Origin: an uncultured Collinsella sp.
GTDB lineage: Bacteria > Actinomycetota > Coriobacteriia > Coriobacteriales > Coriobacteriaceae
NCBI GenBank assembly: GCA_905199225.1
Contig: CAJKFS010000001.1
Coordinates: 7,895-71,894 of the forward strand
DNA: 64,000 bases
Direction: 5' to 3'
The translations under genes and the position numbers were made by a program. Of the stretch, positions 17,300-26,740 are shown piece by piece; the stretch's first letter is position 1; every line of letters begins with the position of its first letter. A model generated the notes under the pieces. It was not told the origin of the DNA, did not search any database, and was given only the letters and a program-made list of their open reading frames with translations.

Positions 17300-18077
17300 C
17301 GCGCTGCTTGAGCGCTTGGCGGCTCCGCCTGTGCGTGCCACGCAGGAGCGTTACCGCCACGAGCTCAAATATCTCATTAACGAGGGTGAGCACGCCGCGC
17401 TGGCCTGCCGCATGGCGCCGGTTTTCAAGCTAGACAAGCATGCGCAGGCGGGCGGCTATACCATTCGCAGCCTGTACTTTGACGACTACTGCAACTCGGC
17501 CTACGAAGAAAAAGACGCCGGCATTCTTATGCGCAAAAAGTATCGCGTGCGCATCTATAACGGCAGCGACAAGGTGATTAAGCTCGAGCGTAAAAAGAAG
17601 TACGGTAGCTGGATCTACAAGGAGGACGCGCCGCTCACGCGCGGCGAGTTTGAACAGATTCTGGCCGGAGACTACGACTTTTTGCTGAGGAGCCCCTATC
17701 CCCTCTGTCGCGAGTTCTACATCGAGTGCATCTGCAACATGATGCGCCCGCGGACCATCGTGGACTACGAGCGCGAGCCGTGGGTGATGGACGAGGGCAC
17801 CGTGCGCATTACCTTTGATAGCAACGTGCGTGCCGCGGTGGGAAGCTTCGACATCTTTGACGCGACGCTGCCCGCGCTGCCGGTCCTGGAGCCCGGCAAG
17901 CTGGTGATGGAGGTCAAGTTTACGGAGTTTTGCCCGCAGCTGGTGCGCGATATGGTGCCGCCGGGCGCGGCCGAGCTCACGGCGGTCTCCAAGTACTGCC
18001 TGTGTTACGAAAAGACCGCCTACCTGCGCGGATTTAATTACTGGGAATCGGATTTTGAGAACCGAGGGGATATTTAG
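17286..18077 (+). CDS. VTC-domain (CYTH-like, polyphosphate-polymerase-domain) protein
   Basis: LKYLINEGEHAAL...GYTIRSLYFDD...KYRVRIY matches the bacterial VTC-domain pattern. It overlaps the upstream gene by 14 bp. Confidence 0.65.
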   Translation: MRKASALLERLAAPPVRATQERYRHELKYLINEGEHAALACRMAPVFKLDKHAQAGGYTIRSLYFDDYCNSAYEEKDAGILMRKKYRVRIYNGSDKVIKLERKKKYGSWIYKEDAPLTRGEFEQILAGDYDFLLRSPYPLCREFYIECICNMMRPRTIVDYEREPWVMDEGTVRITFDSNVRAAVGSFDIFDATLPALPVLEPGKLVMEVKFTEFCPQLVRDMVPPGAAELTAVSKYCLCYEKTAYLRGFNYWESDFENRGDI

Positions 18078-18080
18078 ACC

Positions 18081-18746
18081 ATGAGCACCAGGGACTTTTT
18101 TAAGAACTCCGTCTTGGAGGCGTTTGGCCAGGTCGACCCTGCCAAGATCGGCCTGTCGCTGCTCGTGGCGCTCGCCATGGGCATCCTGATCTATTACGTG
18201 TACAAGCGCTTTTTTACCGGCGTGGTGTATTCGCGCAGTTTTGCCGTGACGCTTGTGGGCATGTGCGTGCTTACCTGCATGGTTACGCTCGCGATCTCGA
18301 CGAACGTGGTCATCTCGCTCGGTATGGTCGGCGCTCTGTCCATCGTTCGTTACCGTACGGCGGTCAAGGACCCGCTCGACCTGCTGTATCTGTTTTGGGC
18401 CATTACGACGGGTATTACGGCCGGCGCCGGCATGTATGCGCTCGTGGGGCTCACGGCAGCGGTGATCGTGGTGATGATCGCCGGCTTTGCGAGCCACCAG
18501 GACAAGGCGCGTGTGTACATGATGGTCATCCACTACACGGGCCAGACCACCGGCGACGATATCGTGCGCGCGTTTGGGCGTACCAAGTTCACCGTCAAAT
18601 CTAAGACGATGCGCGGTGACAAGGTCGAGATGGCCGTCGAGGTGTTCTCGGACGGCGTTGACATGCCCTACGCCGATGCGATTCGCGCGCTCGACGGCGT
18701 TGAGGACCTGACGCTCATCCAGTACAACGGCGAATATCACGGCTAG
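18081..18746 (+). CDS. DUF4956-like small membrane protein
   Basis: Three to four hydrophobic helices followed by a soluble C-terminal domain. It lies 3 bp after the VTC gene, the usual VTC/DUF4956 pairing. Confidence 0.55.
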   Translation: MSTRDFFKNSVLEAFGQVDPAKIGLSLLVALAMGILIYYVYKRFFTGVVYSRSFAVTLVGMCVLTCMVTLAISTNVVISLGMVGALSIVRYRTAVKDPLDLLYLFWAITTGITAGAGMYALVGLTAAVIVVMIAGFASHQDKARVYMMVIHYTGQTTGDDIVRAFGRTKFTVKSKTMRGDKVEMAVEVFSDGVDMPYADAIRALDGVEDLTLIQYNGEYHG

Positions 18747-18752
18747 TTTGGT

Positions 18753-18776
18753 TCCGGCGTTCTAACGAACGCCGGA
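18753..18776 (+). terminator. Hairpin (10-bp perfect stem TCCGGCGTTC / GAACGCCGGA, loop TAAC) 7 nt after the operon stop, with no U-tract
   Basis: Read directly from the sequence. Likely the end of the pel-CotH-VTC-DUF4956 transcript. Confidence 0.45.
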
Positions 18777-19013
18777 CCGCTCGACGCTGCGCGGGCATCT
18801 GCCGGGCGATCTGCCGCTCAAACCGTCGCTCGCGTACATAAAGTACGCGTCGCTCCTCTTTTGTGGCACCTCGCCACGGCAGCTGCCCGTTCGCTGGCGT
18901 ATGCTCGACCAGGATGGGCATATTTGGTTCGGTTTAAATTGATTTATTATGCCGACTTGGGCTGGGTATGATGGTGCAAACGATTGCAAGATAAAGGGGT
19001 GCTCGTGGTAAAG

Positions 19014-19985
19014 ATGAAAGATGTGGCCGAGCTAGCGGGCGTTTCGAGCGCCGCCGTCTCGCGCTACCTCAACGGTGGATATATCTCGGCGGACAAGGCC
19101 GAGCGCATTAAGCAGGCGATTGAGCTGACCGGATACGTGCGGTCCAACCAGGCCCGCGCGCTGCGCACCGGCTCCACCAAGCTCATCGGCGTCATCGTGC
19201 CCAAGATCAACTCGGAATCCGTGAGCCGCATTACTGCGGGTATCGGTCAGGTGCTCGGTCGCCGCGGGTACCAGATGCTGCTCGCGAATACTGACAACGT
19301 GGCCGAGCGCGAGCTCGAGTATCTCGACTTGTTCCAGAACCACCCGGTCGATGGCATCGTGCTCGTGGCAACCATGATTACCGATGAGCACCGTGCGGCC
19401 ATTGCGTCTTGCCGTGTACCCATTGTGCTGATCGGCCAAAACGTCGAGGGCGCGGCTTGCGTCTACCATGACGATTACGAGGCTGCCTTTGAGCTGGGCC
19501 AGGCGCTTGCGACGCATGTTGAGGGCAAGATTGCCTATATCGGTGTTACCGAGGAAGACCGTGCCGCCGGTTACGACCGTCGTCGTGGTTTTGAAGCTGG
19601 TCTGGGCGCCGCGGGCGTTGTGCTCGATCCCGATTTGATTCGCTGCGGGTCCTTTACCCTCGATTCCGGCTATCGTGCGTCGCGCGAGCTGCTGGGCGAA
19701 GTGCCGGATGTTTCGTTTATCGCGTGCGCGACCGACACTATGGCGGCCGGCGCCCTGCGCGCTCTTGACGAGGCGCGCGGCATGGGCGAGGGCGTGCGTC
19801 GCGTGAGCGGTTTTGGCGACAACGCATTTTTGCGCGCGCTGACGGGCGGCATTCCCACCGTGCATTACGGTTACCTGACCAGTGGCGTCGAGGCGACCAA
19901 TATGTTGCTCAACACGCTCGATGGCGTGGAGGGGGAGAGCGGCCTCAAGACGCTCAAGCTCGGACATCAGCTGATGAATGTCTAG
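19014..19985 (+). CDS. scrR: LacI-family transcriptional regulator (sucrose operon repressor candidate)
   Basis: N-terminal HTH MKDVAELAGVSSAAVSRYLNG and a periplasmic-binding-protein-like C-terminus. It is directly upstream of the PTS and GH32 genes. The start could be 18984 (TTG) or 19014 (ATG). Confidence 0.8.
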   Translation: MKDVAELAGVSSAAVSRYLNGGYISADKAERIKQAIELTGYVRSNQARALRTGSTKLIGVIVPKINSESVSRITAGIGQVLGRRGYQMLLANTDNVAERELEYLDLFQNHPVDGIVLVATMITDEHRAAIASCRVPIVLIGQNVEGAACVYHDDYEAAFELGQALATHVEGKIAYIGVTEEDRAAGYDRRRGFEAGLGAAGVVLDPDLIRCGSFTLDSGYRASRELLGEVPDVSFIACATDTMAAGALRALDEARGMGEGVRRVSGFGDNAFLRALTGGIPTVHYGYLTSGVEATNMLLNTLDGVEGESGLKTLKLGHQLMNV

Positions 19986-20167
19986 GCTTTGGGCATGTCT
20001 GCCGGCCTTTGATTCCCTGTTTTTGGCTCAAAACCACCTTTCACCGTCAAATATCTACCGTTTACCGCTAATGAAAACGATTACAGCTATATATAACTGA
20101 AAACGATTACAGTGTAAGTGTCAAAGATGGCCGGGTGCAGATGCGCCCGTTGGAGGAAAGGGAAGTC

Positions 20168-21568
20168 ATGGACTACCGCAAATCAGCCCAAGAGGTGCTC
20201 GACAACGTCGGTGGCGCCGACAACGTTGTTTCGGCCGCACACTGCGCCACGCGTCTGCGCCTGGTGATTGCCGATAACGCCAAGGTTGACAAGGAGGCCA
20301 TCGAGAATATCGACGGCGCCAAGGGCGTCTTTGAGGCCCAAGGCCAGCTCCAGATTATTTTTGGCACTGGCACCGTCAACAAGGTCTACGAAGAGTTCAT
20401 CGCGCTTAGCGGCGTCGAGGCTGCCACCAAAGCCGAGGTTAAGGAGGCCGCGGCACAGCAGCAGAACATCTTTATGCGTGCCATTAAGGTGCTCGGCGAC
20501 GTTTTTGTCCCCATCATCCCCGCCATCGTGGCTTCGGGCCTGCTGCTGGGAATCATGAGCGCGCTCAACTTTATGGCCTCCAACGGTTTTATCGCGCTCG
20601 ACACCAATAACTTTATCTACAAGATCGCCGACCTGGTCTCGGGCACGTCCTTTGGCATTCTGCAGATCCTGATCGGCTACTCCGCGGCTAAGGCCTTTGG
20701 CGCTAACCCGTATTTGGGCGCCGTCGTCGGAGGTGCGTTCATCAACTCCTCGCTGCAGAGCGCCTACACGGTTGCCTCCGAGGGCGTGCAGACCATGGTC
20801 ACCGTCATTCCCGGCGTGTACAGCTTTGAGTGGGTCGGTTATCAGGGCCACGTTATCCCCATCGTTATCGCCTGCGCCATACTCGCCTTCCTCGAGAAGC
20901 GTCTCCACAAGGTTGTCCCCGAGATGTTCGACCTCTTTGTGACCCCGCTCGTCTCGGTGTTCGTTACCGTGCTCGTGACCTTCGTTGCCGTCGGTCCCAT
21001 CTTCGTGTGGGCCGAGAACGCCATCCTCGGTCTGATTCAGGCCCTGCTCACCCTGCCCTTTGGTATCGGTTCCTTTATCGTCGGCCTGTTCTATGCCCCC
21101 ACGGTCGTTACCGGTATCCACCAGATGTACACCGCCATCGACCTGGGTCAGCTCGCCCAGTACGGCGTAACCTATTGGCTGCCCATCGCCAGTGCCGCTA
21201 ACATCGCCCAGGGTGGTGCCGCACTCGCCGTTGCCTTTAAGACCCGCGATGCCAAGATCAAGGGCCTGGCGCTTCCTTCGGCCCTGTCCGCCTTCATGGG
21301 TATTACCGAGCCTGCCATCTTTGGTGTGAACCTGCGCTTCTTTAAGCCCTTCATCGCCGGCTGCATCGGCGGTGGTTGCGGTGCCCTGGTCTGCGCGCTT
21401 ACTTCGCTGGCTGCCTCCGGCACGGGCGTTACCGGTATCTTCGGTATCCTGCTGTGCCTGGCCCAGCCCGTGCAGTATGCGATCATGTTTGCGGTTGCCG
21501 CGCTGGTTTCCTTTGCCGTCTCGTTTGTCCTGTACAAGGATGAGCCCAAGGCTTCCGAGCAGGCGTAA
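20168..21568 (+). CDS. scrA: PTS sucrose/beta-glucoside-family EIIBC component
   Basis: EIIB motif HCATRLRL near the N-terminus, then a polytopic EIIC domain. GGAGGAAAGGG precedes the ATG at 20168. Confidence 0.85.
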   Translation: MDYRKSAQEVLDNVGGADNVVSAAHCATRLRLVIADNAKVDKEAIENIDGAKGVFEAQGQLQIIFGTGTVNKVYEEFIALSGVEAATKAEVKEAAAQQQNIFMRAIKVLGDVFVPIIPAIVASGLLLGIMSALNFMASNGFIALDTNNFIYKIADLVSGTSFGILQILIGYSAAKAFGANPYLGAVVGGAFINSSLQSAYTVASEGVQTMVTVIPGVYSFEWVGYQGHVIPIVIACAILAFLEKRLHKVVPEMFDLFVTPLVSVFVTVLVTFVAVGPIFVWAENAILGLIQALLTLPFGIGSFIVGLFYAPTVVTGIHQMYTAIDLGQLAQYGVTYWLPIASAANIAQGGAALAVAFKTRDAKIKGLALPSALSAFMGITEPAIFGVNLRFFKPFIAGCIGGGCGALVCALTSLAASGTGVTGIFGILLCLAQPVQYAIMFAVAALVSFAVSFVLYKDEPKASEQA

Positions 21569-21675
21569 GAGCTTTTGATTGAGGGGATGCCCGCGGGTTG
21601 TATGCTCGCGGGCGTTTCCCGTATCCGGTGCCGATCTCTGGTGCCTTGTTACTTTCGATCCGTTAGGACTTTGAT

Positions 21676-23208
21676 ATGTCTAATGCACTTGGTCGCGACC
21701 TTGCAAAGTTGGTTGCCGCGGTTGATGCTGCCGCCTCTGAGTGTGGTCATGGCGCGTATGGCCAACACTTCCATATTATGCCGCCGGCGGGTTGGCTCAA
21801 CGACCCCAACGGTCTTTGCCAAGCGGGCGGCGTGTTCCACGCTTATTTTCAATATGCGCCCTTTGATGTCGAGGGTGGCGTTAAGGTCTGGGGCCATGCG
21901 ACGAGTCGCGACCTTATGACGTGGGATTACGTTGGCGCCCCGCTGCTGCCCGACGAGTCGTTCGATTGTCACGGTGTGTATTCGGGCTCCGCGCTTGCCG
22001 AAGACGGTCGCATTCGCGTACTTTATACGGGCAACGTTAAGCTTTCCGATGCGGACGGCACGTACGATTACGTCAATACCGGTCGACGAGCCGATACCGT
22101 CTATGTGGAGAGCACCGACGGCCAGGCGTTCGGCGCCAAGCGTGTGGTGCTGACTTCCGAGGATTATCCCGAGGATTTGACCTGCCATGTGCGCGACCCC
22201 AAGGTGTGGCGTGACGTGGACGGGCGTTATCACATGGTGCTGGGCGCGCGTCGTCGCGTCGACGGTCCGCATGTCGAGAGCCGTTTTTGCGCCATGCATG
22301 GCGAGGGTGCCGGTCGCGATGTGGGCGAGATCTTGGTGTACGGCTCGGCTGACATGCTTAGTTGGGAGCTCGAGAATCGCGTGTCTACGCCCGAGCGCTT
22401 TGGCTTTATGTGGGAGTGCCCCAGCTATATCGAGCTCGATGCGAAAGGCGGTGCACCGGCGAAGTGGCTGTCCTTCTCTCCCCAAGGGCTCGAGAGCGGT
22501 CGTTGGGACCGCGGCAATGTGTATGCAGCGGGCTACATGCCCGTTACGGGTGACATTACGGCTGGCAAGGACGCTTATGATCTGGGCGAGTTCCGCCTGT
22601 GGGACGCAGGTTTTGACTTCTATGCGCCGCAGGAGTTCACGGCCGAGGACGGTCGCCATATTCTAATCGGCTGGATGGGCATGCCCGATGAGCCGACCTA
22701 TGGCAACGACCCCACCGTGGCGTGCGGCTGGCAGCACTGCATGACGGTGCCGCGTGAGCTTACGGTCGGTGCTGGCGGCGTGGTACTGCAGCAGCCGGCG
22801 CGCGAGATCGAGCACCATTATGCCTCGGTGCGTGTGGGGGAGGGCTCGTTGGAGGTTGCCGGCGATACCTGCTTTGACGTTATTGTTGCCGGTGTCGACG
22901 GCGCTTTTAGTGCGACCGTTGATGGCGAGCTGATGCTGGCGTTTGTGCCCGCCGAGGGTGAACTGCCCGCGCGCTTTGAGATGCGCTTTACCGACGAGGC
23001 CCGTACGGCGGCCGGCTGCGGTCGCGCGGTGCGTTGGGAACCGGTCGACGAGGTTCGAAACGTACGCATCGTCGGCGACGCTTCTTCGGTTGAGGTGTTT
23101 GTAAACGATGGCGCGCTCGTGTTTTCGACGCGCATCTATCCCGAGGCCTATGGCGTGACCGTTGACGCCGTCGGCGCGAGCGTGACCTACCACGCGCTCA
23201 ACATCTAG
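21676..23208 (+). CDS. scrB: GH32 sucrose-6-phosphate hydrolase / beta-fructofuranosidase
   Basis: GH32 motifs WLNDPNG, HVRDPKV and WECPSY. Confidence 0.9.
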   Translation: MSNALGRDLAKLVAAVDAAASECGHGAYGQHFHIMPPAGWLNDPNGLCQAGGVFHAYFQYAPFDVEGGVKVWGHATSRDLMTWDYVGAPLLPDESFDCHGVYSGSALAEDGRIRVLYTGNVKLSDADGTYDYVNTGRRADTVYVESTDGQAFGAKRVVLTSEDYPEDLTCHVRDPKVWRDVDGRYHMVLGARRRVDGPHVESRFCAMHGEGAGRDVGEILVYGSADMLSWELENRVSTPERFGFMWECPSYIELDAKGGAPAKWLSFSPQGLESGRWDRGNVYAAGYMPVTGDITAGKDAYDLGEFRLWDAGFDFYAPQEFTAEDGRHILIGWMGMPDEPTYGNDPTVACGWQHCMTVPRELTVGAGGVVLQQPAREIEHHYASVRVGEGSLEVAGDTCFDVIVAGVDGAFSATVDGELMLAFVPAEGELPARFEMRFTDEARTAAGCGRAVRWEPVDEVRNVRIVGDASSVEVFVNDGALVFSTRIYPEAYGVTVDAVGASVTYHALNI

Positions 23209-23245
23209 CGATTCGCCGCATATCGGCGCTATACTGCAGCCGTTG

Positions 23246-23286
23246 CCCACGATGCGGGAAACACCCGCATCGTGGGTTTTTGTTTT
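23246..23286 (+). terminator. Intrinsic terminator: 13-bp stem CCCACGATGCGGG/CCCGCATCGTGGG followed by TTTTTGTTTT
   Basis: Read directly from the sequence, 38 nt after the scrB stop. Confidence 0.85.
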
Positions 23287-23302
23287 GAAGGGACGGTGCC
23301 GT

Positions 23303-24295
23303 GTGGATGTACAGCAGCTAGAAGAGGCTTGGGCTTTGAGGGCCGGTGCGCGTGAGGCGCGTCTTGTCTCGGCCTCGCATGTGCCGGCGGCGCTGTCGAT
23401 GCTGGGGATTGTGCGGCCCGGCGATCGCTTGGTGGCCTTTGCGGACGACTTTGCCGATGTGTTTGCCTGCGGCTTTGATGGCTGCGATGTTGCGCTGGTG
23501 GGGGAGCCCGCGGCTGCGGCGTTTGCTGCTGCGTCCGAGGGCTTTGATGCTTCGTTTGATGCCGAGGGGCCGCACCTGTGGTGGTTCGTCAACTCCATCG
23601 GCGGGTTTGGTCTGCGTGTGCCCGACCTTCGCGCTCTGGGCCGCGCGTCTCGTGAGTCGCACGCGCTGCTGGTTGTGGACAACACGGTGGCGTCGGCTTT
23701 TGGCTGCGATCCACTGCGGCTGGGTGCTGCGCTGTCGCTCGAGGCGCTCGATCGCGCGTGCGCCGGCAAGGCTCCGCGCAAGCTCGTTGCCGCTTCGGTG
23801 GCACGCTCACAGCTCAAGCGCCATCGCGTGGATGCCGCTGCCGAGCGCGCGCATGTCCTGCTTGAGGGCTGCGGATTGGCTGCGCTCGACTTGTCCTCCG
23901 ATGAGGCTGAGGTTCTAGAGCACGAGCTCGACACACTCGACACCCGCATGCAGGAACACTTCGACCGTGCACGTGCGCTGGCCGAGTATTTGGCTGCCAA
24001 TGAGATGGTGCGCAACGTGCGTTATCCCGGGCTGACCTCGCATCCCGACCATGCCATCGCGACTGGCATCCTGGAGCACGGTTTTGGCCCGGCAGTAGAG
24101 TTTGACCTGATGGGCTACATTGCGGGCGAATTCTTCAGCATGCTGCCGGACGAATTCCGCACATCGCCTGCCGGCGGCCCAACAACGCGCCTTTTGGCCC
24201 CACGCGGCAAGCAGGGGAGCACCATCCGCCTCTTCGCCGGCACCGACGACCCCCTGGTCGTAGCGTCCACCCTAGACAACGCCCTCCGCAACTAG
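23303..24295 (+). CDS. Cys/Met-metabolism PLP-dependent enzyme-like protein (divergent or N-terminally short)
   Basis: C-terminus NVRYPGLTSHPDHAIATGILEHGFGPAVEFDL matches the C-terminal domain of cystathionine gamma-synthase / O-acetylhomoserine sulfhydrylase-type enzymes. The start is placed at the GTG after the scrB terminator, because the track start at 23243 lies inside the terminator hairpin. No clear PLP-lysine region was recognised. Confidence 0.4.
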   Translation: MDVQQLEEAWALRAGAREARLVSASHVPAALSMLGIVRPGDRLVAFADDFADVFACGFDGCDVALVGEPAAAAFAAASEGFDASFDAEGPHLWWFVNSIGGFGLRVPDLRALGRASRESHALLVVDNTVASAFGCDPLRLGAALSLEALDRACAGKAPRKLVAASVARSQLKRHRVDAAAERAHVLLEGCGLAALDLSSDEAEVLEHELDTLDTRMQEHFDRARALAEYLAANEMVRNVRYPGLTSHPDHAIATGILEHGFGPAVEFDLMGYIAGEFFSMLPDEFRTSPAGGPTTRLLAPRGKQGSTIRLFAGTDDPLVVASTLDNALRN

Positions 24296-24309
24296 CTAAA
24301 TCATCCTCG

Positions 24310-24389
24310 ACTCAATAAGTTGCGGTGAAATATGGATTGATTTACGGCTTTAACCGCATAAACAGTCCCTATTTCACCGCAACTTATGA
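24310..24389. repeat. Long inverted repeat between convergent genes: 17-bp perfect arms TAAGTTGCGGTGAAATA / TATTTCACCGCAACTTA, 37-nt spacer, plus imperfect CTCA/TGAG extensions
   Basis: Read directly from the sequence. It sits between the PLP-like gene (+) and the ModE-like gene (-). Confidence 0.8.
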
Positions 24390-24428
24390 GAAGAGATTGT
24401 GCGGCTAAAAAGCCCCGTCCCAAATTAG

Positions 24429-24782
24429 CTACTCTTTGATGCTGGCGATGAGGGCGTCGGCGCGGGTTGCTATGACGTCGTTGATTTCTGCCTGCAGGGT
24501 TTCGTAGACTTCGATGGCGCGCTTGCCGGCGGGGGTGAGCGATGATCCGCGGGCGCCGTCGCGCTCGATGAGCTTGCAGTCTAGCTGCCCTTCAGCCTCG
24601 TTCACAATGCGCCAAGCCTTGGAATACGCCATGCCCATGCTCTTGGCGGCACGGTTGAGCGAGTGGTCGCGGGCAATACCCTGCAGCAGCAAGACGCAGC
24701 CATGGCCAAACACACCCGGCAGATCCTTGTCGCACGCTTGAATGACCAACTTTGCCGTCGTCTTGTACTCCATGTGCTCCAC
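24429..24782 (-). CDS. ModE-N-terminal-domain-like winged-HTH regulator (117 aa)
   Basis: LLQGIARDHSLNRAAKSMGMAYSKAWRIV......GG.RGSSLTPAGK resembles the ModE/LysR-type HTH N-terminal domain. It is divergent from guaB. Confidence 0.55.
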   Translation of the reverse strand: MEHMEYKTTAKLVIQACDKDLPGVFGHGCVLLLQGIARDHSLNRAAKSMGMAYSKAWRIVNEAEGQLDCKLIERDGARGSSLTPAGKRAIEVYETLQAEINDVIATRADALIASIKE

Positions 24783-24966
24783 GTCTTTCCGCTAAAGTGT
24801 TTGCTGGGCAAACGCAAAGTCTGCGTCAAACCCTCGTGTGCTCTTCTTAAATCATGCATTGTAGCAGTCAAAGTGCGTTAAGATACTTCCCCAGTATTGG
24901 GCGCCCAAGGTTGGGCTGGGTCCTACGAGGCCTGCAGCCGACCGGTCGCATGGAAAAAGGAGAAAC

Positions 24967-26478
24967 ATGGCTACGTTCTTTCCCGGTGAGTCCCACACGT
25001 TTTCGGAGTATCTGCTGGTTCCTGGTTACTCGTCCTCGCAGTGCATCCCCAACAACGTCTCTCTTAAGACGCCGCTAACCCGTTTCAAGCGCGGTGAGAA
25101 GCCGGCAATCACCCTGAACATCCCCATGGTTTCCGCCATCATGCAGTCCGTCTCGGGCGTCGACATGGGTGTCGCGCTCGCTACCGAGGGTGGCCTGTCC
25201 TTCATTTACGGTTCCCAGACCCCCGAGTCCGAGGCCGCTATGGTCAAGGCCGTTAAGGATCACAAGGCTGGCTTCGTTCAGTCCGATTCCACACTGACCC
25301 CCGACATGACCATGGAGCAGGTCATCGAGCTCAAGGAGAAGACCGGCCACTCCACCATGCCGGTTACCGACGACGGCACCCCCAAGGGCAAGCTCCTGGG
25401 TATCGTTACCAGCCGTGACTATCGCCCCAGCCGCGATGACCACCAGAAGAAGGTCGCCGAGTTCATGACCCCGCGCGAGCAGCTCATCGTGGGCGACAAG
25501 AACATCAGCCTCAAGGTTGCAAACGACGTCATCTGGGACAACAAGCTCAACGCTCTGCCCATTGTCGACGACAACGATCACCTCATGGGCATCGTCTTCC
25601 GCAAGGACTACGACAGCCACAAGACCAACCCCAACGAGCTGCTCGACGGCGATAAGCGCTACATGGTCGGCGCCGGTATCAACACCCGCGACTATGCCGA
25701 GCGCGTGCCGCTGCTCATCGAGGCCGGTGCCGACGTCCTATGCATCGACTCTTCCGAGGGCTTCAGCGAGTGGCAGAAGCGCACCATCGAGTGGATCCGC
25801 GCCAACTACGGCGAGGACGTCAAGGTCGGTGCCGGTAACGTCGTCGACGCCGAGGGCTTCCGCTTCCTGGCCGACTGCGGTGCCGACTTCATCAAGGTCG
25901 GTATCGGTGGCGGCTCCATCTGCATCACCCGTGAGACCAAGGGTATCGGCCGTGGCCAGGCCACCGCGCTGATCGACGTCTGCCGCGCCCGTGACGAGTA
26001 CTATGAGGAGACCGGCGTCTACGTGCCCGTGTGCTCCGACGGCGGCATTGTCTACGACTACCACATGACGCTCGCCCTTGCCATGGGTGCCGACTTTATG
26101 ATGCTGGGCCGCTACTTCGCCCGCTTTGACGAGAGCCCGACCGAGCGCGTCAACGTCAACGGCCAGTACATGAAGGAGTACTGGGGCGAGGGTTCTGCGC
26201 GTGCCCGTAACTGGCAGCGCTACGACCTGGGCGGCGCCGCGAAGCTCAGCTTTGTCGAGGGCGTTGACTCCTACGTTCCCTACGCCGGCTCCCTCAAGGA
26301 CGGCGTGGGCGGCACGCTCTATAAGGTCAAGTCCACGATGTGCAACTGCGGTGCCCTCTCGATCCCCGAGCTCCAGGAAAAGGCACGCCTGACCCTGGTA
26401 AGCTCGACCTCGATCGTCGAAGGCGGAGCCCACGACGTCGTAGTCAAGGACTCCCAACAGAGCGTAACGTATCGATAA
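24967..26478 (+). CDS. guaB: IMP dehydrogenase
   Basis: Catalytic loop [12 protein letters not shown], a CBS pair region, and full length (503 aa). Confidence 0.95.
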   Translation: MATFFPGESHTFSEYLLVPGYSSSQCIPNNVSLKTPLTRFKRGEKPAITLNIPMVSAIMQSVSGVDMGVALATEGGLSFIYGSQTPESEAAMVKAVKDHKAGFVQSDSTLTPDMTMEQVIELKEKTGHSTMPVTDDGTPKGKLLGIVTSRDYRPSRDDHQKKVAEFMTPREQLIVGDKNISLKVANDVIWDNKLNALPIVDDNDHLMGIVFRKDYDSHKTNPNELLDGDKRYMVGAGINTRDYAERVPLLIEAGADVLCIDSSEGFSEWQKRTIEWIRANYGEDVKVGAGNVVDAEGFRFLADCGADFIKVGIGGGSICITRETKGIGRGQATALIDVCRARDEYYEETGVYVPVCSDGGIVYDYHMTLALAMGADFMMLGRYFARFDESPTERVNVNGQYMKEYWGEGSARARNWQRYDLGGAAKLSFVEGVDSYVPYAGSLKDGVGGTLYKVKSTMCNCGALSIPELQEKARLTLVSSTSIVEGGAHDVVVKDSQQSVTYR

Positions 26479-26526
26479 GATAAGACCTGCACATAAAGGT
26501 TGAGCCTCAACCACGTTATTTAGATA

Positions 26527-26570
26527 AAGCGAGATGCCTGCAAGTCGCAGGCATCTCGCTTGTTGTATTT
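26527..26570 (+). terminator. Intrinsic terminator: 15-bp perfect stem AAGCGAGATGCCTGC / GCAGGCATCTCGCTT, loop AAGTC, then TGTTGTATTT
   Basis: Read directly from the sequence, 49 nt after the guaB stop. Confidence 0.8.
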
Positions 26571-26589
26571 GCTATCATCAGTCGAGTTA

Positions 26590-26735
26590 ACGATGTGGCG
26601 GGGCGTTCTTATCTTTGCTCGCTGCAAGTTCCGCACGAGCCGAAGAGCACTTAATGTGCTCTTCGTGCGAGCAGGACTGTCCGCAGCAGCGAGTAAAGGT
26701 AAGAACGCCCCGCCCCAACCCAGCTAACAAAGGAG
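26590..26735 (+). promoter_or_regulatory. Structured 5' leader of leuS with nested long-range helices
   Basis: GGCGGGGCGTTCTTATC pairs with GATAAGAACGCCCCGCC (seen as GTAAAGGTAAGAACGCCCCGCC) across ~75 nt. An inner helix GCTCGCTGC...GCAGCGAG and a hairpin GAAGAGCAC-TTAAT-GTGCTCTTC are nested within it. No T-box consensus was seen. Confidence 0.35.
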
Positions 26736-26740
26736 CTGAT

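Noticed and set aside
26590-26735. T-box riboswitch upstream of leuS
   Set aside because: No recognisable T-box consensus (AATTAGGGTGGNACCGCG) or specifier-loop arrangement was seen. It is reported only as a structured leader.
26615-26740. Upstream in-frame extensions offered by the ORF track for leuS (26615), rimP (30110), rbfA (34542), coaD (46748), acpP (50054) and thyA (58190)
   Set aside because: The extensions overlap upstream genes or terminators, and the extra N-terminal residues match no homologue. In each case an internal ATG/GTG with an AGGAG-like RBS begins the conserved protein.
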